DNA from: a virus
Taxonomy: Duplodnaviria; Caudoviricetes
Length of the DNA stretch: 28,478 nucleotides
Virus record (IMG/VR): IMGVR_UViG_3300030376_002381
Coordinates: 1 to 28,478 of that record
Strand: one strand, 5' to 3'
The position numbers and the translations under genes were made by a program. Shown piece after piece: positions 1 to 7,849 of the stretch (position 1 is the stretch's first letter; each line of letters begins with the position of its first letter). Below the pieces are notes generated by a model. It saw nothing but the letters and a program-made list of their open reading frames with translations, made no database searches and was not told where the DNA came from.

Positions 1-356
1 TTAATAGTCTTTTGTATCTCAAATTGTATATGATGTATAGCTTTTTTTAAGTCCTCTATTTTTTTATCATATATATTTATACCCGCCTCTGTTTTTTTAC
101 CTGCTCTGATTAGGTATGTAGTAGCTGTAGCTATATGATACGATAGATTAAAATTATCGCATACCTCTCTAGCTGTATAATTATTATCTCCTTTGTAGTA
201 ATCAGGTATCTCTAATATCCCTAATTCCTCCTTACTTAATAACATTTTAGGATTTACTCTGTTTTTCATTTGATTAGCATTGTCTAAGTTTCTATCATAT
301 TCATAATACCATTTAGATTTACCTGCCCTGTCCTCTGTATTTTTTTTTGTATCCAT
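1..356 (-). CDS. DUF3310-like protein (possible nucleotide kinase), 5' part; spans the window junction
   Basis: Hand-translated open frame from ATG 356: MDTKKNTEDRAGKSKWYY...IPDYYKGDNNYTAREVCDNFNLSYHIATATTYLIRAGKK...IEDLKKAIHHIQFEIQKTI; P.YY, YLIRAGKK and EDLKKA motifs resemble DUF3310; absent from the ORF track because it has no stop before position 1. Confidence 0.75.
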   Translation of the reverse strand, partial: MDTKKNTEDRAGKSKWYYEYDRNLDNANQMKNRVNPKMLLSKEELGILEIPDYYKGDNNYTAREVCDNFNLSYHIATATTYLIRAGKKTEAGINIYDKKIEDLKKAIHHIQFEIQKTI

Positions 357-441
357 TTTGTGATCTGCTTGCGTTTTTACTATGTATGCCTTTGCGTTTC
401 TTACGATTTTTCTTATTATGTATTGTAATTTTTTTAGGCAT
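319..441 (-). CDS. Small basic protein, 40 aa, ending KKYRGQGR
   Basis: Hand translation MPKKITIHNKKNRKKRKGIHSKNASRSQNGYKKKYRGQGR*; start overlaps the end of the 434-838 gene; the YRGQG ending is one I recognise from small marine phage proteins. Confidence 0.7.
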   Translation of the reverse strand: MPKKITIHNKKNRKKRKGIHSKNASRSQNGYKKKYRGQGR

Positions 442-838
442 ATTTATCTATTATTTTCATTAATCCATCATGTATAGTTTTTAGGCATGTGCTGCAATTT
501 GTAGTAGCCTTATATTTTGCTCCATAAATAGTATTATATATCTCTACTACTTTCCTTTTAGTTTCATGATTTTGTAATCTTTTAGCTCTTATCTGGTCCT
601 CTAATTCTAATACCCTGTCTATTAAATCCTGAGGTAAATTTTCATTAGTTATATTTGACTTTACTGCCTCCCATTTTTTTGGAGTATCTGCACAGCTCAT
701 ATTACTGATGCTGGATTTAATTCTCATAAAACATCCACAAATTTTACAATTGCCTAATAAGGGTAGATAGTGCTCACATGATCTGCAAATACCTATCCTG
801 TAATTAAACGTATCATTATCTACAAAAAAATTACTCAT
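434..838 (-). CDS. Cys-rich putative zinc-binding protein (DUF6171-like N-terminus)
   Basis: RIGICRSC...CKICGCFMRIK...SC...KW pattern plus C-terminal CSTC. Confidence 0.6.
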   Translation of the reverse strand: MSNFFVDNDTFNYRIGICRSCEHYLPLLGNCKICGCFMRIKSSISNMSCADTPKKWEAVKSNITNENLPQDLIDRVLELEDQIRAKRLQNHETKRKVVEIYNTIYGAKYKATTNCSTCLKTIHDGLMKIIDKYA

Positions 839-1409
839 CTGATAATACTTTTTTTAGATGTTTTCTTACATTGTCTAGAGTAGTAAATAAACTATTACGA
901 CTTATTTTTGTTTTTTTAGCTAGACTATCTAATGTCTCTTTTTTCTCTACATTGTAATATAGTTTATATACATCCCTATCATACCAATACATATTATCTA
1001 GCTCCTTATCTATTTTCTCAAAATACTCCCATGTCTCTGTCTGGCTAGTTTCATATACCATATTATTAACTCTCTTTTTATTATGAGCTGATACATCATC
1101 AGACTTTACATCCTCTCTCACTATATTACCACTATCATCTATATTTTTATTATATTTTTTATATACATAATAAAATTTACTCCTAGGGCTTGTAAATGAC
1201 CTCCTAAGAGCTACAGCTCCATATCTTATTAATCCAATTTTGCCATCAGATTTATATATTTTTTGTAATGTCTCTTTATTCATATTTAGTAAATATATAT
1301 ATAATTCCTGCACAGCGTCCTCAGCTTCATACTTTTTATTAGTAAATTGTAGAGCTATACCTATGTAGGCGTCTCTCAGTGTAGCTAATATATTATATAT
1401 CTCATTCAT
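831..1409 (-). CDS. Phage sigma-70/ECF-like factor, probable late transcription activator
   Basis: Region-2-like AEDAVQELYIYL and region-4-like HTH (LDSLAKKTKISRNSLFTTLDNVRKHLK); ECF-like size of 192 aa. Confidence 0.75.
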   Translation of the reverse strand: MNEIYNILATLRDAYIGIALQFTNKKYEAEDAVQELYIYLLNMNKETLQKIYKSDGKIGLIRYGAVALRRSFTSPRSKFYYVYKKYNKNIDDSGNIVREDVKSDDVSAHNKKRVNNMVYETSQTETWEYFEKIDKELDNMYWYDRDVYKLYYNVEKKETLDSLAKKTKISRNSLFTTLDNVRKHLKKVLSDE

Positions 1410-1761
1410 TAACAGGTTTTATATTTTGTAAGTCCTCCATTACTTTTAGACTAAACTGCCCTAATATTTCTCTATGTATCCTTATTGATATTGCATTGTC
1501 TTTATTCTCTACTCCTATTAATAATCCTGTAAGCATAGCAGACATTTGCAGAGGTATTATCATTAAAAAATCATGCCAATTACCTGTATCTTTATTTTTA
1601 CTATATTCATTATGATAGTCAATAATAAAATTAGATACATCTATAAAATCCTTATACTTATCTATCTCTACTACCTCTCTTATGTTTCTACAAATAGCGT
1701 CTAAATATGCCTCTATTAATACCTCATGCTCCATAGATGCGTATATTGGCTTTGTAGTCAT
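1402..1761 (-). CDS. Hypothetical protein (start revised to ATG 1761, MTTKPIY)
   Basis: The track start at 1767 is TTG; an ATG lies two codons downstream; the 3' end overlaps the sigma-like gene start. Confidence 0.6.
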   Translation of the reverse strand: MTTKPIYASMEHEVLIEAYLDAICRNIREVVEIDKYKDFIDVSNFIIDYHNEYSKNKDTGNWHDFLMIIPLQMSAMLTGLLIGVENKDNAISIRIHREILGQFSLKVMEDLQNIKPVNE

Positions 1762-1814
1762 GCACAAATATTATAAATAATTTGTATCATTTTATGTAAT
1801 ATTGTAATTATTTA

Positions 1815-2225
1815 TTAACCGCCTTTTGTTAGCTTATTAACTTTTTTCTTATACTTCTCTATCATCTCCTCATAATCTATCCTCATCATTTTTATAGTTT
1901 GTCTAGATAGCTCCTCTAATTCTTTTGCTGTGCCCTCCCCATACTTCTCATCTAATCTGAGACTATAAATATACTGATTACCGCTTAAATGTATATTACA
2001 TCTATAACACTGCGGCATAACATTACCTCTCTCATGCCATCTAGTTGCTAGTCTAGACCTAGACATAAAATGACCTGCATGGATGCCTATTTTATAATGA
2101 CTAACCTTATCGCATGTAAAACACTTTACATATCCATTAGCTGCATCTCTGAGTCTGATATATAAGCTAAAGATTTTATCTAATTCTTTTTTTAATTGAG
2201 ATATTGTTTTTTGTTTTTTAGCCAT
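1815..2225 (-). CDS. ninG: NinG/Rap-like recombination endonuclease
   Basis: FSLYIRLRD, CFTC, HAGHFMSR, TRWHERGNVMPQCYRCN: lambda NinG-type HNH/Zn signature. Confidence 0.85.
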   Translation of the reverse strand: MAKKQKTISQLKKELDKIFSLYIRLRDAANGYVKCFTCDKVSHYKIGIHAGHFMSRSRLATRWHERGNVMPQCYRCNIHLSGNQYIYSLRLDEKYGEGTAKELEELSRQTIKMMRIDYEEMIEKYKKKVNKLTKGG

Positions 2226-2956
2226 TAAAATAATTTAGTCTGATTTAATATAGGTCTTAATCTGTTATTAGCAATATCTACATATTTTTTACTAATTTCT
2301 GAGCCTATCCAATCTCTATCTAATTTATGAGCTGCTACCGCTGTAGTGCCGCTACCCATAAAAGGATCATATATAAGGTTACCAGGCTTACTAAAGTAAT
2401 TAATAAAGTATTTAGGCATCCACTCTCCAAAAGCGTATCCATGTCCTCCATTATCTTTATTATTATTTACAGGTTTTATTATATAATTTTTTATCATATT
2501 ATCCCCAAAATTATTATATACAAATTTTTTACCTATAGAGTCATCTTCATAAGGGCATAGACAAAATATATACTCATATCCATTACAAACTACTCCTCTA
2601 CCTGTAGGATTAGGATTGTTTTTAATCCAAATAAATGTATCTTTTAGATGTTTTTTGTATTGAGACATTATATATCCTGCAATCCCTTTACATCCTGCAT
2701 ACTCTCCTACATTCCAAAATACATAATACTTACTGACTCTTAAGCACTCATCTATCCATATTTTAGTCTGATTAAAATACTCCTCTGTATCCAAATCATC
2801 AGTATAGGTATCATAATTTACATCAGGATTATTAGTATTACCTCTACTATTACCTATATTATATGGAGGGCTAGTAATTATCATATCTATAAAATCATCC
2901 TCCATCCTAGACATAGTATCTAAATTACTCTCATTATATATCTTATTTACATCCAT
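2225..2956 (-). CDS. Orphan DNA methyltransferase, beta-class N4-cytosine/N6-adenine
   Basis: Catalytic TSPPY near the N-terminus and SAM-binding DPFMGSGTT near the C-terminus (beta order); SPPY is typical of m4C enzymes; no cognate restriction gene. Confidence 0.92.
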   Translation of the reverse strand: MDVNKIYNESNLDTMSRMEDDFIDMIITSPPYNIGNSRGNTNNPDVNYDTYTDDLDTEEYFNQTKIWIDECLRVSKYYVFWNVGEYAGCKGIAGYIMSQYKKHLKDTFIWIKNNPNPTGRGVVCNGYEYIFCLCPYEDDSIGKKFVYNNFGDNMIKNYIIKPVNNNKDNGGHGYAFGEWMPKYFINYFSKPGNLIYDPFMGSGTTAVAAHKLDRDWIGSEISKKYVDIANNRLRPILNQTKLF

Positions 2957-3285
2957 TATACATATAATGTAGAGTTAGCAAATATAGGTCTGTATAGTGT
3001 ATAATAATGCTCAGGCGCTCCATAAATACCTATTTTAGTCTCATTTGTTTTAATAATCTGTCTATCATGCTGTAGATTACTCATAGCTCTCCTTATACTT
3101 GTAAGAGGTATATTTTTAGCATAATTTACAGACCATAAATTGTATATCTCAGAGGCTGTATATTTACCTCCTCCCTGAAATATTTTATATACTTTTTGCT
3201 CCTGGTTTTTGTTTTTAGTTTTTTTCTGTTTTACAAAATCCTGATCCTGATTTGTAGTGTTAAAATAGTTTTCTGATTTTTTCAT
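2956..3285 (-). CDS. Putative winged-helix DNA-binding protein
   Basis: TASEIY...PLTSIRRAMSNL...IIKT...GIYGAPEHYY helix-turn-helix plus wing pattern. Confidence 0.55.
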   Translation of the reverse strand: MKKSENYFNTTNQDQDFVKQKKTKNKNQEQKVYKIFQGGGKYTASEIYNLWSVNYAKNIPLTSIRRAMSNLQHDRQIIKTNETKIGIYGAPEHYYTLYRPIFANSTLYV

Positions 3286-3290
3286 AGTTT

Positions 3291-3680
3291 TTATTTAGTT
3301 ATATATTTAATTTGATTACCTATTAATTTTAATCCTGTGCCATTTTTAGACCTGTATTTAAGTCTTTTGTCTCTCCTCTCAGGCTCTTTACTCTCCTCTC
3401 TCCATATTAAGTCTCTATGTTTTTTAATCCAGGAGTAATAAGTCTGCACATTTAAGACAAATTTTACATCCTCTACATCTCGCACTCCATAACGAAAACT
3501 CATAATTACTGAATCCCAATCCATACTACCAAAACTCTCTAATAAGTCTGTAGCTAGACTCTTACTTAATACTACCTTAAAATCTGTATCCTTTTGCTGC
3601 CCTAATTCTACTAATGTAAGACTAATTAAATCTAAACATTTGAGGCATAAGTCTTTATATTCTATGTCTTTTATTTTCAT
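3291..3680 (-). CDS. Replication-associated hypothetical protein (possible helicase loader); start revised to ATG 3680
   Basis: Lies downstream of the initiator-like gene; ATG 3680 (MKIKDIEY) overlaps the TGA of the upstream micro-ORF as ATGA; function inferred from position only. Confidence 0.45.
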   Translation of the reverse strand: MKIKDIEYKDLCLKCLDLISLTLVELGQQKDTDFKVVLSKSLATDLLESFGSMDWDSVIMSFRYGVRDVEDVKFVLNVQTYYSWIKKHRDLIWREESKEPERRDKRLKYRSKNGTGLKLIGNQIKYITK

Positions 3681-3772
3681 ATTAAAGATACTATTATGAA
3701 TCCTAATACTATCCAAATAATTATACCTATTAACATTAATTTTACTTCTTTTTGCTCCTCTTTATTATCCAT
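3677..3772 (-). CDS. 31-aa single-pass membrane peptide
   Basis: MDNKEEQKEVKLMLIGIIIWIVLGFIIVSLI*; coupled to neighbours by TAATG (3772) and ATGA (3677-3680) overlaps. Confidence 0.7.
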   Translation of the reverse strand: MDNKEEQKEVKLMLIGIIIWIVLGFIIVSLI

Positions 3773-4431
3773 TATAATTTATTTAGTATATCTCTAGCCT
3801 CATTATGACTATCAATATGATTATTAATTGTTGATTTTTTATCCCATTTTTTTGAGTTTTTTTGCCATCTTAATAGCCTCCTGTATATATCAAAAGTCTT
3901 TTGCTTCTCAAATCTCATTTTAGTGCCGCCTACCTCACTCCAATACATATAAAAATCCTCTAATATTTCTATACTAAAATCATTTTTATAACTTAAAATT
4001 TTACTCTTAAATTTTGCATCTCTTATAGATATATTATTATTTAATTTTATTGTATTATTATTATTAGGCTTTGCTTTTTTAACTGCTTGTTGTTTAGTTT
4101 TTTTACTGCTTGTAGTCAAAAATTTTAATATCTTATCATGGTCTATCTTAAAATGTAATTTAGATGGCATCCCTGATAGTTTTGTCTTTATAAATTTCTG
4201 ATCCTGCAGTATTTTTACAGCTTCTCTTTGCTTGTATTTAGATAATGTAGTATCTTTTATTATATTATCTGATGTGTTAAAAAAGTATCCATCTACTAAT
4301 CTATCATTATCTATAAAATATCCCTCTTTTGATATAAGGTCAGCCAATAAGATAGAGGCGTCTATCCCTATCTTACTAGCTAAAAACTTATTTACTACTA
4401 GAAACGCTGTGCTACTGAGTATATTTCTCAT
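3772..4431 (-). CDS. Replication initiator / replisome organizer
   Basis: N-terminal winged helix (ILLADLI...FFNT...TTLSKYKQREAVKIL...G.P.K), low-complexity linker, C-terminal FYMYWSE...MRFEKQKTF...RRLLRW domain as in phage initiators. Confidence 0.7.
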   Translation of the reverse strand: MRNILSSTAFLVVNKFLASKIGIDASILLADLISKEGYFIDNDRLVDGYFFNTSDNIIKDTTLSKYKQREAVKILQDQKFIKTKLSGMPSKLHFKIDHDKILKFLTTSSKKTKQQAVKKAKPNNNNTIKLNNNISIRDAKFKSKILSYKNDFSIEILEDFYMYWSEVGGTKMRFEKQKTFDIYRRLLRWQKNSKKWDKKSTINNHIDSHNEARDILNKL

Positions 4432-4979
4432 AGTCTTATATCTATTTTAGCATCATACTCATTTAGACAATATTGCACTCTATTTAATGTATTACTAAAA
4501 TCTCTATAATTTGTCTGTATATCTGTATGCAAATCATCAAGCTTAATAGTAATAAATACCTTGCCTGCTTTATTTTCTACAATACTACCACTTTTTAATA
4601 TGTAGTTTTTTAACTCTGTATTGTCTTTAATATCTACATTTTTAGTCTTTTTATGATCTGATATTGCAATTACTATCTCATTAAATAAATCCCTATACTC
4701 AGACCAATATTGATAGTTTTGCTCGTGCGTTTTTTCATAATGATATACACTGCATCTATCATGGTCTAATACCTCTGCTATAGTTTCATAATGTATCCCT
4801 CTCTCATATCTAGCTATATTACTTACTACCATCCTAGGTAATAAGATATTAGTAGTCCTTACTTTCCTAGACAATGACTGAGGAGGTAGGCTACATAGCT
4901 TCTCAGCTATGATTACCATTTTTTCAACCTCATCTACATCTGTAACTCTATTTTTATCATGTCTAATGTATTTCCTCAT
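4428..4979 (-). CDS. Protein with DnaA domain IV (DnaA-C/TrpR-like) HTH
   Basis: SRKVRTTNILLPRMVVSNIAR...YETIAEVLDHDRCSVYHYEK parallels DnaA-C S..R...I..PRQIAMYL.....L..IG..F..RDHTTV.HA. Confidence 0.65.
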   Translation of the reverse strand: MRKYIRHDKNRVTDVDEVEKMVIIAEKLCSLPPQSLSRKVRTTNILLPRMVVSNIARYERGIHYETIAEVLDHDRCSVYHYEKTHEQNYQYWSEYRDLFNEIVIAISDHKKTKNVDIKDNTELKNYILKSGSIVENKAGKVFITIKLDDLHTDIQTNYRDFSNTLNRVQYCLNEYDAKIDIRL

Positions 4980-4981
4980 AA

Positions 4982-5452
4982 TTAAAATGGCATATCATTA
5001 GAGTCCTCAAATGCTGATACAGGAGTATTAGGCTCTATAGGTTTCTCTACAGGTTTCTCATCTCTTAAAATATCATTTACTAACTCATTTTTAAGTCTAA
5101 TTACATCATCTGTATTTACTTTATGCCCCTGACCTATATATGCTGCTGATATAGTAGCTGCTACTTTTAGACATGCTAGCTCTGTAATCTGTTTATTGTT
5201 TTTAGGCGCTCCTCCAAATGACTTAGTAAATCCTCCCTCAGGCTGTGCTGCCTTAGCTTTTACATATTCCTGCTGTCCTACATCTCCTACTATCTCATAG
5301 GTAATATCCCATCCCTCTATCTGATCTTTTTTCTTACCTATATTAATTTTATCTCCATTATCCATTACTAGATCATGATAGATAATAGTGCCTTTTGGTC
5401 CTTGCCATTCTTTTTTATTACTTACTTTACTGATTTTTGCTGTTTTTATCAT
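4982..5452 (-). CDS. Putative single-stranded DNA-binding protein; start revised to ATG 5452
   Basis: Beta-rich N-terminus, flexible Gly-rich linker and acidic C-terminal tail ending DSNDMPF (SSB-type); A-rich leader before ATG 5452. Confidence 0.55.
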   Translation of the reverse strand: MIKTAKISKVSNKKEWQGPKGTIIYHDLVMDNGDKINIGKKKDQIEGWDITYEIVGDVGQQEYVKAKAAQPEGGFTKSFGGAPKNNKQITELACLKVAATISAAYIGQGHKVNTDDVIRLKNELVNDILRDEKPVEKPIEPNTPVSAFEDSNDMPF

Positions 5453-5503
5453 TTTATTAATTTTAATATTTTGATACATTTAAGGCTGTATCATTAACCT
5501 ATA

Positions 5504-5854
5504 TTAGTCTAGCATACTCATCTCCTCAAAAGGTTTTTGAGTTTTATTATTATTAGGTATATATCTGTAAGTATTTATACAAATATTAGTATCCTCTAAT
5601 GCCTCCTCTGTAGCGCTAGATGCGTGGTCTAGACATGATATACATATACCTCCCTCAGTTAATATAGCCGTGCAACAATAACTATACTCCCTACCCTCCT
5701 CCAAATCATCATAGCATCCCTCACATACTGCCATATCCTCATATTTAGGCTCCATATCGCATAGTCTGCAATTGTCTGGCTCAGGTCCATCCCACTCAGT
5801 AGGATCATCCCCATAGCTATTATGTGTAGCGTCTATCCAATCTATCTCATTCAT
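5504..5854 (-). CDS. Acidic Cys-rich putative zinc-finger protein
   Basis: CRLC, CEGC, CC and CISC clusters. Confidence 0.55.
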   Translation of the reverse strand: MNEIDWIDATHNSYGDDPTEWDGPEPDNCRLCDMEPKYEDMAVCEGCYDDLEEGREYSYCCTAILTEGGICISCLDHASSATEEALEDTNICINTYRYIPNNNKTQKPFEEMSMLD

Positions 5855-6342
5855 GACTGCATCATTTTAATTATTCTATTTACCTGCTTTTGGTCTCTTA
5901 TAATAGCTGTAATAGTTTCTCTAATGTCTTTTGCTGCTGACTCATATCCCTCAGCTGCTCCTGCAAAATAACGCTCTGATGATTTGTAAAGATTTCTACT
6001 ATCTCCCTCAGTGCCATTATAATTATTACGCTCCTGTATTTCGTGCTCTCTTAATTTTTCTGCTGTATTTTCAAATATAGTTGCTGTAGAGTTTAACTTA
6101 TCATATACAATATCTACATCAAATTTACCTATAGCTTTTTGTATTTCTTTTTTAGTCTCAGCAATATCTATCATATCTGTATTACTATTGTCTATACGCT
6201 CTGTCTCTGCAATCTCTTGCATTAATTCATTAAATCTATCATCAGAAATACCTAATGATGTAGTTTGTTTATCATCAGATATACTAATATGTCTATCTCC
6301 TAACATGTTATCTAATTTGTTTTTTAATTCATTTACTTTCAT
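5851..6342 (-). CDS. First early gene, hypothetical helical protein
   Basis: 163-aa ORF immediately downstream of the host-type promoter. Confidence 0.6.
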   Translation of the reverse strand: MKVNELKNKLDNMLGDRHISISDDKQTTSLGISDDRFNELMQEIAETERIDNSNTDMIDIAETKKEIQKAIGKFDVDIVYDKLNSTATIFENTAEKLREHEIQERNNYNGTEGDSRNLYKSSERYFAGAAEGYESAAKDIRETITAIIRDQKQVNRIIKMMQS

Positions 6343-6369
6343 AGTTTTAGTTATTGATTAATAATGATA

Positions 6370-6400
6370 CAAATTTACAATATATTTTTGATTAACACAA
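6370..6400 (-). promoter_or_regulatory. Bacteroidota housekeeping-sigma (early) promoter
   Basis: Minus strand reads TTG (6400-6398), 20 nt, TAAATTTG (6377-6370), matching the -33 TTG / -7 TAnnTTTG consensus, 27 nt upstream of ATG 6342. Confidence 0.75.
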
Positions 6401-6446
6401 TTATTAACATAATTATTATCAAAGTTATTAACAAAAGTTATTAACA
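6389..6446 (+). repeat. Five direct 9-mer repeats (consensus TTATTAACA) at 12-13 bp spacing; DnaA-box/iteron-like
   Basis: tgattaaca 6389, ttattaaca 6401, ttattatca 6413, ttattaaca 6425, ttattaaca 6438. Confidence 0.75.
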
Positions 6447-6459
6447 ATATAATATTAGA

Positions 6460-6520
6460 TTTAAGATGTTTTATGTAGTAATAGACTAATTATATAGATT
6501 TATTATAAAAGTCTCTTAAA
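6460..6520. repeat. Imperfect inverted repeat in AT-rich intergenic DNA
   Basis: tttaagatgttttat (6460-6474) pairs imperfectly with ataaaagtctcttaaa (6505-6520). Confidence 0.4.
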
Positions 6521-6547
6521 AGGTCTTATTTTAAGTCTTATAGGTAT

Positions 6548-7267
6548 TTATAGAGGCATTAATACATTAAATGCAGTCCTCCCATTTTCTAGGCATAATC
6601 CTACTCCTATAGCTGGCTTTTTGCCGTATTTAGCGTAAGCCATAGCATAGCTCTCATGATCTATACCGCATCCTGTCTGTAATCCAAATACTCTATAATT
6701 TTGACCTACATAATGCTCTGTATAGCATTGAGTATGTAGATGCCCCTGTATAGTGTTTTGCATGTCTGCTCTACATTTAGTCCTAGCTGTGCCTCCCTCT
6801 CCATGGATATACTGCACATTATCCTGCACATATCTCTCAGTAAAAGTCCATCCAGGCACCTCTAATACCTCTTTATATGACTTTATCCATTTTTTAGGTA
6901 TATTAGATGTCTGAGCTTTACGCATTACCATCCTATCATGATTACCTATTATAACATGAGCATTAGGAAAGGCTTTATACCATCTAGCTATCCTTTTTAT
7001 AGCTAATTCTAGCTCATCTCCTCCTGATAGTCCATCAGGATTAGTCTCATGGTATGATGAGTAATGATTATCTATAATATCTCCAATAAAAATTACCTGA
7101 TTACATGCGTATTTATTGTATTGATTTATACAAAAATCTAAATAAGAATCTAAACAAAACGGCTCATGCAAATCTCCAATTACTAATACATTCCTAGTAT
7201 CAGACTGGCGCATTTGCATAAGCGTTTCTATTTCTTTTTGATTAAGTCTGTAGCGGTTATCCCTCAT
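6548..7267 (-). CDS. Calcineurin-like metallophosphoesterase
   Basis: GDLH, GDIID, GNHD, HG and GHLH motifs in canonical order. Confidence 0.92.
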   Translation of the reverse strand: MRDNRYRLNQKEIETLMQMRQSDTRNVLVIGDLHEPFCLDSYLDFCINQYNKYACNQVIFIGDIIDNHYSSYHETNPDGLSGGDELELAIKRIARWYKAFPNAHVIIGNHDRMVMRKAQTSNIPKKWIKSYKEVLEVPGWTFTERYVQDNVQYIHGEGGTARTKCRADMQNTIQGHLHTQCYTEHYVGQNYRVFGLQTGCGIDHESYAMAYAKYGKKPAIGVGLCLENGRTAFNVLMPL

Positions 7268-7431
7268 TAATGAGTGCCGCCCTTTTTGGTATTATTAGGT
7301 ATTATCTTATTTAATAGCCATAAAATTTTACCTAAAATAGTATTATCTTTGTCTGTAGGAGTAATCCTTACTACTACCTCAAATACTGCTACCAATGCTA
7401 AGACAATTTCTTGCCATGATACATTATCCAT
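7267..7431 (-). CDS. Putative holin / small membrane protein, 54 aa
   Basis: MDNVSWQEIVLALVAVFEVVVRITPTDKDNTILGKILWLLNKIIPNNTKKGGTH*; hydrophobic helix, TPTxKD motif, next to the endolysin; TAATG overlap with the next gene. Confidence 0.65.
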   Translation of the reverse strand: MDNVSWQEIVLALVAVFEVVVRITPTDKDNTILGKILWLLNKIIPNNTKKGGTH

Positions 7432-7462
7432 TTTTATTTAGTTTTGATTAATAATTAATTGA

Positions 7463-7849
7463 TTATCTTTTGTAGTGCCAAATTACATTCTGCTGGCGTG
7501 TTTCTGATGTGTCGGCATGCAGAAAGTTGGACGCTATGCCAATGCGCGTAAATCCTGCTAATAATAAGCTATTTATAAGCATCCATCTATCTCTGCTACT
7601 ACCTACATGTAAATCAGCTGCAATACCCTCTGTATGCGGGCTGTTTTTTGCTACTCCTGTCTTATATCTCTCTGCTAATTCCTGCTGGTATGCCTCAGAC
7701 CTATATCCTGAATTTACCTTTATAGGCTTGCCGTATATATCTCTAGCCTCATCAAGCATGTCTATAAACTCATCAGACATAAACTCCTCTCCTGATCCCT
7801 CTAATCCAGGCTGGTCAAATTCTGAGTAAGTAAAATACTTAAATTTCAT
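7463..7849 (-). CDS. Endolysin, peptidase M15A family
   Basis: YFTYSEF, NSGYRS, SPHTEGIAAD (HxxxxxxD) and FLHAD zinc-peptidase motifs. Confidence 0.9.
   Translation of the reverse strand: MKFKYFTYSEFDQPGLEGSGEEFMSDEFIDMLDEARDIYGKPIKVNSGYRSEAYQQELAERYKTGVAKNSPHTEGIAADLHVGSSRDRWMLINSLLLAGFTRIGIASNFLHADTSETRQQNVIWHYKR

Noticed and set aside
6402-6429. Possible dif/Xer site (TTATGTTAA on the minus strand)
   Set aside because: Only a partial XerD arm; no XerC arm after a 6-bp spacer; better explained by the TTATTAACA repeat array
6389-6446. CRISPR-like array
   Set aside because: Repeats are 9 bp with 3-4 bp spacers, far too short; no cas genes
6478-6485. TCTATTAC on the minus strand as a sixth late promoter
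   Set aside because: Core mismatch, no AAMTAA at the 12-nt spacing and no adjacent start codon
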